DNA of 64,000 bases from Octopus vulgaris (taxonomy: Eukaryota), in contig OX597831.1 of assembly GCA_951406725.2 (NCBI GenBank), forward strand, positions 57,660,001 to 57,724,000, in the 5' to 3' direction. Position numbers and translations under genes: made by a program. The notes below the pieces were generated by a model. The model searched no databases and was not told the origin of the DNA. It saw only the letters and a list, made by a program, of their open reading frames with translations. This document shows, in pieces, positions 13,856 to 27,519 of the stretch. Positions within the stretch are counted from its first letter, which is position 1. The number at the start of each line of letters is the position of its first letter.

Positions 13856-16845
13856 TTCCATTTTTGCATGGATCAAACAAAATTCAGTGAAGCAGATTTT
13901 CTACAGACAGCTGCCCTTCCCATTGCCAAACCTCACCTGTTTTTAGGAAGGTAACAATTTCCCCTATGGTTAGAAATATTTTCACAGATTATTGGAAATA
14001 GATGCCATTGATTGACGTATATATTTGTACATGTGCGTATGTATATATATATTCACACATAAATACATAGGTTCACAAATGAATTCCATGTTTACATACA
14101 TGAATGTTAACTTGTATGCATATGCTCACACACACACACACACACACACACTTTGACATGATTACAAAGATCACCTGTTAATGAGGTTCAGAAGGAAGTA
14201 ATTAAAACCAGGATTCATACGATTTGAACGGTTTCTATTTATTCAATCACATGGAATTCTTGGAGAAGAAATGAGATCTTAGGGTTGGCGTGTTACTAAT
14301 TACTGCGATGCAATTAAGCAAAATTGAACCTTTCTAGTTTGTCAGGATTGCTATCGATGCTGCTACTGTGGCTGACGCTGCTATCTTTGCTGCTGTTTTG
14401 TTGTTGTTGTTGTTGTTGTTGTTATTGATTAGCCCCAGGTAAGCCTTGTTCAACAGAGCAGAATTTACCTGAGAGTCTCCTGTTAGGAAAAAACTTCCCA
14501 GCCAGCTCTAACCTATTTTTCTTTCCCAAATAGTGTATCTAGGTCAGTGATGTCAATAAATGTCATCTATTTCCAATATTCTGTGAAAATATTTCTAACC
14601 ACAGGGGAAAATATTACCTTCCTTGAAAACAGGTGAGGTTCAGCAATGGGAAGGGCAGCTGTCTGTAGAAAATCTGCTTCACTGAATTTTGCTTGATCCA
14701 TGCAAAAATAGAAAAGTGGATATTAAAATGATGCTGATGCTGCTGATGAGGATAATGATGACAATGATGATAGTGTATGATTTAAGGGAGATTTGGCTGC
14801 TATTTCTAGCTGCTCAAGCAATTGTGTAAAAGCTCTCACATGTGCACACTGCTACTATTGCTGCTGCTGTTGGTGTTGCCATTGCTGTTGATTAATGGTC
14901 TAACATAAATTGTCCCTAAACTTAAAGAACCACATCAGACTAAGACTAAGGTTGCTAGGCTGTTACAATAGACTTGATGAAAGATTTTGACAAAGAATGA
15001 TGAGAAAAGCTGCTTAACAAAACCCTTTTCTTGTCGATTATGCTGGTAACTCTTTACTGGGATCCCTGCCTGTTGTTCCCGTAGCTATCTTTCATTCACA
15101 CCTCAATTAGAATTGGTTTTTTTCTCGTAGTCCTCCTCCTCCTCCTTATCATCATCATCATCTGCCTCTTCATCATTGACATTAATTTTAAGGTCTGTTT
15201 CAAGGGTGTCTGTGTGCCTTTGTGTTTGTCCCTCCACATTGCTTGACACACTGGTGTTAGTTTGTTTACGTCTCTGTAACTTAGCGGTTTTGGCAAAAGA
15301 GGCCAATAAAATAAGTACCAGACTTAAATATGGGTGCTGGGGTTGATCTGTTTGACTGAAATCCTTCAAATACTGTGCTCCAGCATGGCCACAGACCAGT
15401 GACTGAAGCAAGTAAAAGATAAAAGATAGATGGAAGAGAAGGGGGGACTTGCTAAAGGCACTCAAGGACCAGGTGTCATTCTTTAGCTGGGCAAAAGATT
15501 ATGTCTGTTATAGAAGCTGGCCATGTAGAATTTGAACACAGAAGGCTAGGAGCTGGAACAAATACCACTGAACATTCCATATAACACTGCTGATTCCACC
15601 TCTCAGCTGCCCTAAATTGGTACTTCCTCATTGATCCCAGAAGGGTGATAGGCAAAGTTGACTGAGATGTGTTTTGAACTTAAAATACAAGAAACTGTAA
15701 TATGTTCGGCAGGACATTTTGTTTGATATTCTAAATGAAATGACGACCAATTTGCTGCCATAGAATATTCAGAGTTGAATATTTTTAGTACCAACAACAA
15801 TTTATGTTACAGTGAGCCTGGAGATTACTTTTACATGTATTAAGCTAATGTTTTAACTATGGTATACTTCTTTCTCTGATTGTTAAACACCTTTAAAACA
15901 ACTGGATAGATTTCACAGCAAAAATAGAGAATTAAGGACACACGACAAAATTTGAAACATTAATTTCAGTGGCCATTTGATCTGCTAGAAATAACAGCCA
16001 AATCTCCTTCAGAGCGCTCGCACATGCACACACACACACACACACACATGCGCATATATTTCTTTTATTTCTTTCATGGGTTTCAGCCAGAGGCTGAGGC
16101 CATGCTGGTGCACCACTTTGAATATAATAAGTTTCTTTCACTTTCTGTATAGCAGATCTACTCACAAGGCTTTAGTTGGTTATAGTAGAAGACACTTGCC
16201 CAAGGTGCCATGCAGTGGTGCTGAACTTGAAACCATATGGTTGGGAAGCAAACTTCTTGACCACAAGTGACATGTGGGATCACTATCTAAGCACGTTATC
16301 CATGTACATTTCATAACAGAACTTTTATACGTTCCATAAAGTCAGTTTTATAAAAACTTTGTGCTAGTCAGTCCACCACATCTAACGGTTTTACTTTGGG
16401 AACATTTTGCTTTTAATTGAAATAAATACACTTATTATGGCCAAATGGTTTAGAAGCTCATTGTACAACCATGTGGTTTTGGTTTGGTCTCATTGAACAG
16501 AACCTTTGGCAAGTGTCTTCTACTCAAAGCCTTAGGCCAACCAATGCTTTGTAAGTGAATTTGGTTGACAAAATCTGTGTGGAAGCCAGTTGTGTGTGTG
16601 TGTGTGTGTGTGTTTCTTTGTGTTTGTATTTGTCCCCTTACTGCTTGACAACTTATATTTCTTTTATTTTTTTTACTTGTTACGGTCATTTGACAGTGGC
16701 CATGCTGGGGCACCACCTTGAAGGATTTTAGTCAAACAAACCGACCCCAGGATGTATTTGTTGGAAAACTTAGTATCTCTTTTGCTAAACTGCTAAGTTA
16801 TGGGGATGTAAACACCAACACCGGGTGTCAAGAGGTGGTGGGGGG

Positions 16846-17254
16846 AAGGCGGTGAACTGGCAGAAATGTTAGCACACCGCGCGAAATGCTTAGCGGCATT
16901 TTGTCTGCCGCTACGTTCTGAGTTCAAATTCCGCCGAGGTCAACTTTGCCTTTCATCCTTTCGGGGTCAATTAAATAAGTACCAGTTACGCACTGGGGTC
17001 GATATAATCGACTTAATCCATTTGTCTGTCCTTATTTGTCCTCTCTGTGTTTAGCCCCTTGTGGGTAGTAAAGAAATAGGTATTTCGTTTGCCGCTATAC
17101 GTTCTGAGTTCAAATTCTGCCGAGGTCAACTTTGCTTTTCATCCTTTTGGGGTCGACTAAATAAGTACCAGTTACACACTGGGGTCGATATAATCCATTT
17201 GTCTGTCCTTGTTTGTCCCCTCTGTGTGTAGCCCTTTGTGGGCAGTAAAGAAAT
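16846..17254 (+). mobile_element. Dimeric SINE family B inserted into a family A SINE
   Basis: 16-bp TSD AAGAGGTGGTGGGGGG at 16830-16845 and 17255-17270. Confidence 0.88.
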
Positions 17255-18685
17255 AAGAGGTGGTGGGGGGACAAACACAGAAACAAAGACATAGATATAT
17301 ACATATATCTTTTAAACTTGTTTATGGAAAATGTTTTGAATATGCAAATAAAGCTCGAATTCCATTATGCCAGCCACAGTCTAATGATGCTGACTGGTGA
17401 ACCAGTTTTTTGGGGTTGCATCAACTGTACCAGTATAATCATCCTCATCATCATCATTGTTTAATGTCCCTTTTCCATGCTAGCACGGGATGGACAAACA
17501 TTTATAAACATTTATCACATTGTTACATGCTTCTCCACAAATCACATGACTCTGAAGATCACAGTCCATATTCCTGGGATGATTACCATGTAGTATGTAG
17601 CATCCATGGGCATCAGGTTGACCATCTTCATGGATTCATTTCTTCAGGTGATATAACATTAATGGATGTTTAACAGAGGGATGTTTATCTCTTTTTGGCC
17701 AGTGTGAAAGTTGATTGAATCATGTGGGTATTTCTGTGTGTATTTGGTGGGGAGGAGGGGAAGGTGATGGAAAGAGAGGAAGGAATGGTAGTTATATGGG
17801 GATGGAGGTGTGTGTGTGTGGTGATGTTGGACTTATTTTGCTATTCATTCTGCAGATATCAAGGATATATATGTATATACGATGAGCTTCTTCCATCTAC
17901 CAAATCCACTCACAAGGCTTTGGTCAGTCCGAGGCTGTAGAAGTAAATACTTGCTCAAGGTGCCAGGCAGTGGGATTGATCCTGGAACCATGTAGCTGTG
18001 AAGCAACCTTCTTACCACACAGCCACGCCTCCTGCAACTTTAACAGTTCTGCATAAAAAACTGATAGAATTAAGCACCAGACTTCAAAAAAAGAAGTATT
18101 GAGGGTGATTTGTTTGACTAAACACTTCAGAGCAGTGCTCCAGCATGGCTGTGGTCCATTGACTGAAACAAGTAATAGATGTAATTTACAATTTTGATTA
18201 ATGCCCATCTAAAACACACCACCTTTTCTAAAACCTGTCCAAGTGTTTTCAGGAATTTTTGTTTTTTTTTGTTTTTTTGTGATGCTGTTCTCACTTAAAC
18301 AAAATTTCAGATTTTCAAGTTGTTTTTATTTTGGAATTTTGGAATTTCAGATAAAAGATTATAAACTGTACTAGTGTGGAACAAAACCAAAACCAAAAAT
18401 AAAAACCAAAAAAAAAAAAAAAAAAGAGAGATATAAAAGAAATGAAATGGATGTGAATCTGTAAAGAAATAAAAAATGGTGAATTCTATCGCTAGTATTC
18501 TCAATTACATTGTAACTTTCTGGACCTTATAACTGCAACCTTATAACAATACAGGAGTAAAAATAAATTAGTTCCGTTACCTAGGTGACTGTTGAAGGTG
18601 AAGCCATTGAGAGCACAATGAAACAGGAGGAGAAGGAGCAGGAAGGGGAAGGTGTGTAGTAGCTGAGGGATTTGTGGGGAGCTAT

Positions 18686-18717
<32 letters not shown>

Positions 18718-18822
18718 AGATCATACAGGATGTGTTTGTGTCTGTCTACATGCTTGTGTTTATATGAATGTATATAGAAAACAGATTGTGTATATGTATG
18801 TATCTGTCTGTCTGTCTGTCTG

Positions 18823-19296
<474 letters not shown>

Positions 19297-19425
19297 TATA
19301 TATATCTGTGTGTGTGTGTATGACAACATATAGGATATTTTTGTATCTACATGTGTATGTTTATATGAATGTATATAGAAAATATAAATTGTGTATATGT
19401 ATAATTATGAAATATAGTGTGTGTG

Positions 19426-19484
<59 letters not shown>

Positions 19485-19865
19485 TAATATATAGGATGTG
19501 TTTATGTGTATCTACAAGGTGGTATGTATATGTACATGACTATAATATAGAATGGTGTGTGTGTATAACATGAATGCATAAACAAAAGACAGGGTGTTAA
19601 AGAATAACTGAAGTGTTTAATAACTAAGAGGATTTTGAACATTGCCCAGTTCTCTTTTTTTTTCCATTTTTTTTTTTCTATGTATGTAAGTGTATGCTTA
19701 TGCACATGTATATGCACGTGCATGTATTCATTTCAGATACACTTGTGCATATAACTTATGCATGTGCTCATGTTTGCATGTACCAAAAGGCAGACTGCAA
19801 ATAACCGTACATCAATTTGTAATGTCATACTGTTGTATGTAGATGTTAATAAATAAGATTAACAT

Positions 19866-20425
19866 TTAACCCTTTCGTTACTGTGTTTATTTTGAGCGTT
19901 GCCAGAGCGGCTATCTAGCCTCCGTGCCGGTGGCACGTAAAAGACACCGTTCGAGCGTGATCGTTACCAGCATCGCCTTACTGGCACCTGTGCCGGTGGC
20001 ATGTGTAAAAAGATTCGAGTGAGGTCGTTGCCAGTACCGCCTGATTGGCACGTAAAAGCACCCGCTACACTCTTGGAGTGGTTGGCGTTAGGAAGGGCAT
20101 CAAGCTTTGGAAACTCTGTCAGATCAAGATTGAAGCCTGGTGCAGCCATCTGGTTCGCCAGCCCTCAGTCATTCGTCCAACCCATGCTAGCATGGAAAGC
20201 GGATGTTAAACGATGATGATGATAATGATGCTCTGAGTTTCTTTCAATTAATTTTAAATACAACGAAGAAATTATTAAATTAACTTAGTTATCATTCAGC
20301 TAGTGTTAGGAACATAAATTGTGACTAAGGTTTGGTGGGAGATTTTAGTTCAAAACTTTTGAAAACAAGACATTTGTACTCAGAGCCAGAGCCAGTTTCA
20401 GCCGGGTTGGTAATGAAAGGATTAA
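19866..20425. mobile_element. piggyBac-like MITE (second family) interrupted by an RTE 3' UTR (about 19897-20229)
   Basis: TTAA-CCCTTTCGTTAC ... GTAATGAAAGGA-TTAA; uninterrupted copy at 58682-58909. Confidence 0.8.
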
Positions 20426-21253
20426 GGAAAGGAAACAGTTTTGTGGTTTGAGAAGCTTTTTTTGCAGTCATGTGGCTTTGGGTTCAGTTCCACTGTATGA
20501 CACTTTGAGCTAGTATCTTCTGCTTTAGCTCTGGGTTGGACAATGCCTTGTGAGTGAATTTGGTTGACGGAACTGGCACTCTGTTGGTTATGAAGACGTG
20601 GGTTCCAGTCGATCTGATCAATGGAACAGCCTGCTCATGAAATTAACATGCAAGTGGCTGAGTACTCCACAAACATGCATACCTCAATATAGTACTCAAT
20701 GGGATTCAGCGTGACATAGTATGTGATAAGGTCGACCCTTTGAAATACAAGTACAACTCATTTTTTTTTTGCCAGTTGAGTGAACTGGAGCTTCATGAAA
20801 TAAGTGACTTGCTGAAGGATACTATGTGTTGCCAGGTATTGAACTCAAGACCCCTTTGAAATCTTGAGCTGAATATTGGAACTGCTACCCATGTGCCCTC
20901 ACATTTGTTAGACAAAAACTGTAGAAACTTATCCTGTATGTGTGTGTTTATGTATTTGTCCCCTGCCACCACTTGACAGCTGGAGCTAGTTTGTATATGT
21001 CCCTATAGTAGAGCAGTTTGGCAAAAGAAACTTAATAGAATAAGCATTAGACTTTAAAAAAATAACTACTGGAGTCGATTTGTTCAAATAAACCTTTTAA
21101 AGTGGTGCCCCAGCATGATCACAGTTCAATGACTGAAACCAGTAAAGGATAAAAGATAATATATGTGTGTGTGCTTGTATGGATTATAGATGTAGTCCAT
21201 CACTCGGTTTAACCGTTTAGAAATTAAACTGATCATATCTGGCCCACCTGTTT

Positions 21254-21470
21254 TATGAGGGGGTGCTAAAAAGTTCCTGGCTTTAGGGGTTTCACAAAAG
21301 CCTGGTTTGAGGCCCAACCTTCCAAGTTCTTTTACAGGGCTCAGAAAAACTGAAGGACCACTGCAATAAATGTGTGAACCTGAGAGGGGAATATGTTGAA
21401 TAAATCATAATTAACTGATCCGCCTGTTTTTTCTATTACCCAAAGCCAAGAACTTTTCAGTACTCTGCTG
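21254..21470. mobile_element. mariner-like MITE nested in a piggyBac-like MITE
   Basis: Degenerate TIR gagggggtgctaaaaagttcctggcttt / aaagccaagaacttttcagtactct. Confidence 0.6.
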
Positions 21471-21739
21471 TACATTTAAACCACCCAGATCCAGCCTCTC
21501 GCACCTATCCTACAATGTCATTCTAAAAATAACAATTACATCATCAAAATTTGAAGTTACCAAATAACTCAAAACAATGAGAGGAAATAAGTATTACATT
21601 TGATAGAATAATCTGAATGCTAAAGGGTTATGATTGTCACCTGGTTTTATGTGTCTGTAGGGGAGTTCACTCTGTTACAAGCATTTGTAGTGATAGGATA
21701 GATTCATAGGATTCATAGAAGTTTTGTGGGAATATTGAA

Positions 21740-22048
21740 TTCACAAGCGGTCCCCGACATCCTGCATGCATATCCCGAGTGACGGGATGCCCTGTTTGCT
21801 GCGGAGTCTCCACACGCAGGGACAGAACGACCTCGAAGCTGCCGTTCCCGATCTGATGCCTCTTGGAATTTTCACCAGAGCCCCGTTGGCCAGGCTGCGG
21901 TCCTAATACCGCTTGGTGCCTGACCAATCCGCCTTGGGTGACCCTACCAGGAACCGAAGTTCCCAACGGCATAGCTCTGACACTGCCCATTTACACCACC
22001 CTACCGCTTTGAGGAGGGGTTGAACTTTAGGGATGGACTTTAGCATTT
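21740..22048 (-). mobile_element. RTE-type 5' UTR-derived element (related copy at 37480-37828)
   Basis: gagctatgccg...cctggtagggtcacccaaggcgg resembles RTE/BovB 5' UTR motifs; CpG-rich. Confidence 0.55.
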
Positions 22049-22204
22049 GAATTAGGTCTCATTGGTTTGAGGAGACTTTGTTTTTACCTCGTTACCATTT
22101 TTAGGGACCATGTAAAGCATCTTGGACACTGTCCTTGTCTCCTGACTAAAAGATAACACATTGTATGTATGTATATATATATATATATATGTGTAATGTA
22201 TGTA

Positions 22205-22242
<38 letters not shown>

Positions 22243-23228
22243 TGCTAAAAAAAAGCCCCACAAGAGTGGCAAATAGATATCTGTTTTCACCGATTACCCA
22301 GTCATGAAAGAATCTACAATCAAAAGATGATAGTCATCATTGAATCTAATGATCAGCCATAAGCATTTTGTAAAGGTCTGTATAAATGTATATCTGTGTG
22401 CATATACATAATTGTATGTATCGGTGTGAGTGAGTTGTTCTAGTTGATCAAATCCGCGACTGTCTTTCTGAATTCTATCATTGTCAGTGATACAGCATTA
22501 TGGCAAGTTATGTAAGGTACATAACTCTGGAAGACATCAATTCACCTGGCTGAAAATATATACCGTATTATTCCTTTATAAGTCACACTTTTATATTTGA
22601 TTTTAACTTTAAAAGCTGGTGTGTAACTTATATATAGGACAAAGCTAAAACCATGAAGGGAAAAATTTATTTGCCATGGTTTAACACTAAATTAGGTATA
22701 TGACTTATACATGAGTAAATTTGGTATTTATAGCTCACTGTTGAAAACAACAGGTGCTTGTTGACAGGTGTTTAATTACTTTATAATGCAGATTTTAGTA
22801 CTGTACGGTGGGTGATGATAGGTAAGAAATGTGCTCTGCCATGCTCATTTCAATAGTGTACACAGCATGGTCACCCACAACTTGTCTGTTATAATTCCAT
22901 TCACATCTTGAATATTTTGTAAGAATTATTATTGGCTCTCTCTGTACCAGTACTTGATTGGTACATTGTTGTATAACCCCTACCTCCCCTAACAGATGAA
23001 GGGTGAAGTTGACTTTTGTAGGGTTTGAACTCCATGAATTACACAAAGATATATGCTTTCAAAAAAAAAAAAACATCAAAATGTACCATTTTTTTTTATA
23101 TTTCATAATTTATAAATGTTTTTTATTTTAAAGTTTTTGTTTTGGTAAATGAGATGTTTTCTACATACAAGATATATAATCCCATTTCTGTGTTGTCCCC
23201 TTGTAGGAAATAAAAAAACTCAACAAGA

Positions 23229-23632
23229 TAGGTGCAGGAGTGGCTGTGTGGTAAGTAGCTTGCTTACCAACCACATGGTTCCTGGTTCAGTCCCACTGCG
23301 TGGCATCTTGGGCAAGTGTCTTCTGCTATAGCCCCGGGCCGACCAATGCCTTGTGAGTGGATTTGGTAGACGGAAACTGAAAGAAGCCTGTCGTATACAT
23401 GTATATATATATATATATGTATGTGTGTTTGTGTGTCTGTGTTTGTCCCCCTAGCATTGCTTGACAACCGATGCTGGTGTGTTTACATTCCCGTCACTTA
23501 GCGGTTCGGCAAAAGAGACCGATAGAATAAGTACTGGGCTTACAAAGAATAAGTCTCGGGGTCTATTTGCTCAACTAAAGGCGGTGCTCCAGCATGGCCG
23601 CAGTCAAATGACTGAAACAAGTAAAAGAGTAA
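23229..23632 (+). mobile_element. tRNA-derived SINE family A, full length
   Basis: A box tggctgtgtgg, B box ggttcagtccc, internal (TA)(TG), CR1-like tail ctccagcatggccgcagtc...tgaaacaagtaaaag; more than 10 copies or fragments in the window. Confidence 0.88.
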
Positions 23633-24011
23633 GATATATAATCTGTTTGTTTGTCTTTTGATCTTTTGATGTGTTATTTATGGAATTGTTGAAAAGACCA
23701 GCTAGATTGAGGTTTTCTGCTGTATTTATTTGATGCCTAACACAACCTTTCTAATGCATATATAATATATATTGATAGATTTCTTTAGAGTTATGAATTG
23801 TTAAGAAGTTCATTCTGAAATAGCTTTGCATTTGTATTTTTTATGCACTTAAAGTTAGGAGTTGTAAAGTTGTGTCATTGACTCATGAACCAGGTGTTTG
23901 CCTTCTGTTTTTTTGGTATAGCATTGACATTTATCATTTACTGGACTTGGTCTATCTATTTGTACATGTTGTATCTTAGCAAGATTCATTTCAGCACTTG
24001 CTGTAATAATT

Positions 24012-24568
24012 ACTCTTTTACTCTTTTACTTCTTGAGCAAATTGACGCCAGAACTTATTCTTTGTAAGCCTAGTACTTATTCTATTGATATCTTTTGCCG
24101 AACCACTAAGCTACGGGGACGTAAACACACCAGCATTGTTTGTCAAACACAGAGACACAAACACACACACATTATATATACTCTTTTACTTGTCTCAGTC
24201 ACGTGACTGTGGCCATGCTGGAGCACCACCTTTAGTCGAGCAAATCGACATCAGGACTTATTCTATGTAAGCCTAGTACTTATTCTATTGGTCTCTTTTG
24301 CCGAACCGCTAAGTTACGGGGACGTAAACACACCAGCATCGGTTGCCAAGCAATGTTAGGGGGACAAACACAGACACACACATATATATATATACACATA
24401 TATACGACGGGCTTCTTTCAGTTTCTGTCTACCAAATCCACTCACAAGGCTTTGGTCGGCACGAGGCTATAGTAGAAGACACTTGCCCAAGATGCCACGC
24501 AGTGAGAATGAACCTAGAACCATGTGGTTTGTAAGCAAGCTACTTACCACACAGCCACTCCTAAGCCT
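24012..24568 (-). mobile_element. SINE family A plus a tandem partial 3' copy
   Basis: Reverse complement of 23229-23632; 3' half duplicated at 24012-24170. Confidence 0.82.
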
Positions 24569-24827
24569 ATATCAATATTTCTTTAGCATTTCAGTGTTGA
24601 GCTCAAATTTCCCCACAGACTTAAAGCCTGTAATAGACTGGTCTTCTGTCTCTCAATTTCTAACCCTCAATTTAAACCAGCCATATCTGGTCCCAAATAT
24701 TCTACCTGTTTTATGTTCAAACCAACCATATCTGACCTCTCACACCTTCCCTTCAATGCCATTCAAAAAATTAGCAATTATGTCATTGAAATCTCAAAGC
24801 TACAACATAATACTTGATTAATTCAAA

Positions 24828-25445
24828 ACGAGTCAAGTACATCAACATCAAAATAAAAAATCAAATGGATATTGTAGTTGTGATACCTGTGCCGGTGGCA
24901 CGTTGGGTCTCACAGAGGAAATGACGAAAGACCGAGACCTCTGTGATATGCTGTGACTGTGAAGACCCGACAAATGAAGTGAGTTCATGGTTCACAGGAT
25001 GGCCTGCTGTGCTAACCTTGGATCGTAGAGTGATCCGCTGTGCTTGAGGAGACCTACTGAGTCAAGTATGTCAACACCAACATCAAAATAAAAATCAAAT
25101 GGAAATTGTAGTTATGATACCCGTGTCGGTGGCCTCTAAAAAGCACAATTCGAATGTGGCTGATGCCGTCGCCACCTGGCTGGCGTCAGCATTGGTGACA
25201 TGTAAAAAGCACCAACCGATCATGGCCGTTTGCCAGCCTCCTCTGGCCCCTGTGCTGGTGGCATGAAAAAGCACCCACTACACTCACGGAGTGGTTGGCA
25301 TTAGGAAGAGCATCCAGCTATAGAAACACTGCCAGATCAGACTGGAGCCTGGCGCAGCCTCCTGGCTTCCCAGATCCCCGATCGAACCGTCCAACCCATG
25401 CTAGCATGGAAAACGGACGTTAAGCGATGATGATGATGATGATGA
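24828..25445 (+). mobile_element. RTE LINE 3' end (ORF2 end LGLTEEMTKDRDL + 3' UTR + (GAT)n) inside a piggyBac-like MITE
   Basis: Protein tail and ggagtggttggcattaggaag...gcatggaaaacggacgttaa tail; MITE halves on both sides. Confidence 0.8.
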
Positions 25446-25663
25446 ATGTGAATAAATATGCATTACATTTGACAGACCAATCTGAATGGCTAAGAGTTAA
25501 ATGTCACACAACTGACACAATAGTAATATAGGACTGACATAAATAGCAATTGGATTATACATACTAAAGTGTGTATTTGTGCGCCTACAGCTTGTTAATG
25601 CAACCAATTTTTTTTTTTGTTTCCTTTCATAGATCATTTGTCAACCTTAAAGAATGCTTGACA

Positions 25664-25804
25664 ATGCAGTTGAGGAGAAGAACTGAAGACAGGTGCCCTT
25701 GCGGCTGTGCCCAGACTACTGTGCCTGCCGGGTCACATGCCCTTCAGGAATGTAATAAAGAGAAGAAGAAGCACGTGATACAAGATAGCAGTGAAATACC
25801 AGAG
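25664..25804 (+). CDS. CTDSPL2: CTDSPL2 coding exon 1 (MQLRRRTEDR...SSEIPE); exon begins at acceptor 25633
   Basis: Polypyrimidine tract + AG at 25631-32; ATG at 25664; MQLRRR resembles the vertebrate MRLRTRK start; GAG|GTAAGT donor, phase 0. Confidence 0.8.
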
Positions 25805-26011
25805 GTAAGTCTTCGTAGCTGACAAGGTTTGAGTTTCTGGTTTTATTGAACGTCTTTTGGGAATAGCTTTTTCTCAAGAAACTGGACAATGTGGTGGTAA
25901 ATTTTTGCTGTAATTAGTAATCTGCAAAAGAGATATTATGGCTAAATTAATGTAGATTTGTGGGTTTTACCCTTATATGTCAAAGCATTACATGCACTCA
26001 CACATGCATGT

Positions 26012-26048
<37 letters not shown>

Positions 26049-26289
26049 GTCTTGCTACTCTGAGTATTTAATGTTAAATTTTTGCTTCTCATTTCTGTGG
26101 TTCATGAAACATATGCCAGTTATGATCGAGTACACTCCTCTCTTACAAAGTTGTTGGCTTGCATCAGTCAGCCCTGTATGAGGAACTTATAGTGTGGACA
26201 TAGCTGATCAAAAACTCCAGACACCAGTTGTGACCTTGTTGTCAAAACTTTGGGCTTGAAGACGAGGCCACCTTTGTAAAAGTATAAAC

Positions 26290-26700
26290 AAATTTATTCT
26301 TTCTTTTATTCTTTTGTGTGTTTCAGCGTAAAGGCTGCGGCCATGCTGGAGTACTGCCTGTTTAATCACCATTTTCATGGCCATTCTTAGGCAGTTAGCT
26401 TTTGGTGAAGGAGGGAGTTTTGACATTGCTGCCCTCTTTTGAGTTTCTTGCCATGCTATAAGTTCGTCTAGGACTTTGGACAGCAGGAAGTTAAGTTTCT
26501 TGGAAACATCTACCACTGCTCCATGTAGATTCTGAAGATGTTTTGGCAAGGTATTAAATAATCTTTCAGTCTTTGAATCCCAAGTTATTGCAGTACATAG
26601 TCCTCACTCTCGTCAGGACTGCTTGGACCTTTGGAACAGTGCAGTGATGTCTATATCAGGGGCTGCTGTAGCTGTCAATGCCATAGTTTGTTGAGAGAGT
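26290..26700 (-). mobile_element. Degenerate CR1-like LINE 3' end
   Basis: Minus strand ...FNTLPKHLQNL...KKLNFLLSKVLDE, like the CR1 RT C-terminus; tail ctccagcatggccgcagc...ctgaaac. Confidence 0.65.
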
Positions 26701-26834
26701 TTAATATTGAACAGGCTGAGAAAGTATAGAAAAGCTCCTTGACTGTTATTTGGTGTTCAGAATCTGAGTGTCTTCTTTCTCATCATCATCATCATCATCG
26801 CTGCTGCCGCCACCACCACCACCACCACTACTAC

Positions 26835-26871
<37 letters not shown>

Positions 26872-27218
26872 TTTACATCCACTTTTTCCATCTGACGTGC
26901 AAGTATGGTATTTTATATTTCATTGGTCTTCACACATGATGAAACAGCTAAGCTGTGGGGACATTTTTTATGAGAGACTTGAGCACTATCACTGAAACAA
27001 AATGATGATTATGTGAAGACCCATGAAAACACCTACAAACACATACGTGGGTAATCATGCCCCCCCCCCTCCCAATCTAAGAAACCCACACCAATACTAT
27101 GATGGTTCTCATTGTAGTATAAGTGTAGGACTGAGTTCCTAAAACCAATGTACCATGTAAAAATATGCTGGTGTGGGTTCTGGTGTCACACAAAAAGGTC
27201 TGGTACTGGTGCCATCCA

Positions 27219-27352
27219 AGGAATTGAAATTTTTACCATTAAGACTATTCTGCAGAGACCTGAATAAGTGGAAATCCGAAGAAGCAATATCTGGTGAATA
27301 TGGAGGGTGGGGTAACACATCCCAGCCGAGCTACAGCAATTTTTATCTGGTT
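27219..27352 (-). pseudogene. mariner transposase fragment
   Basis: Minus strand GWDVLPHPPYSPDIASSDFHLFRSLQNSLNGKNF (YSPDLAPSD motif), with upstream stops. Confidence 0.88.
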
Positions 27353-27519
27353 CCCAAAGCATCAAGTGGCGAAAATGAACTTTTTTATGCACTCATTTCA
27401 TATTATAAAGTTGTTTGTGATAGAAGGAACATCTTAACTTTATGAAACGTGACAGTCAACTCATTGGAAATCCTTAATTGCATACACACGTGACTAATGC
27501 TTAAAATGTTTCTGCTAAG

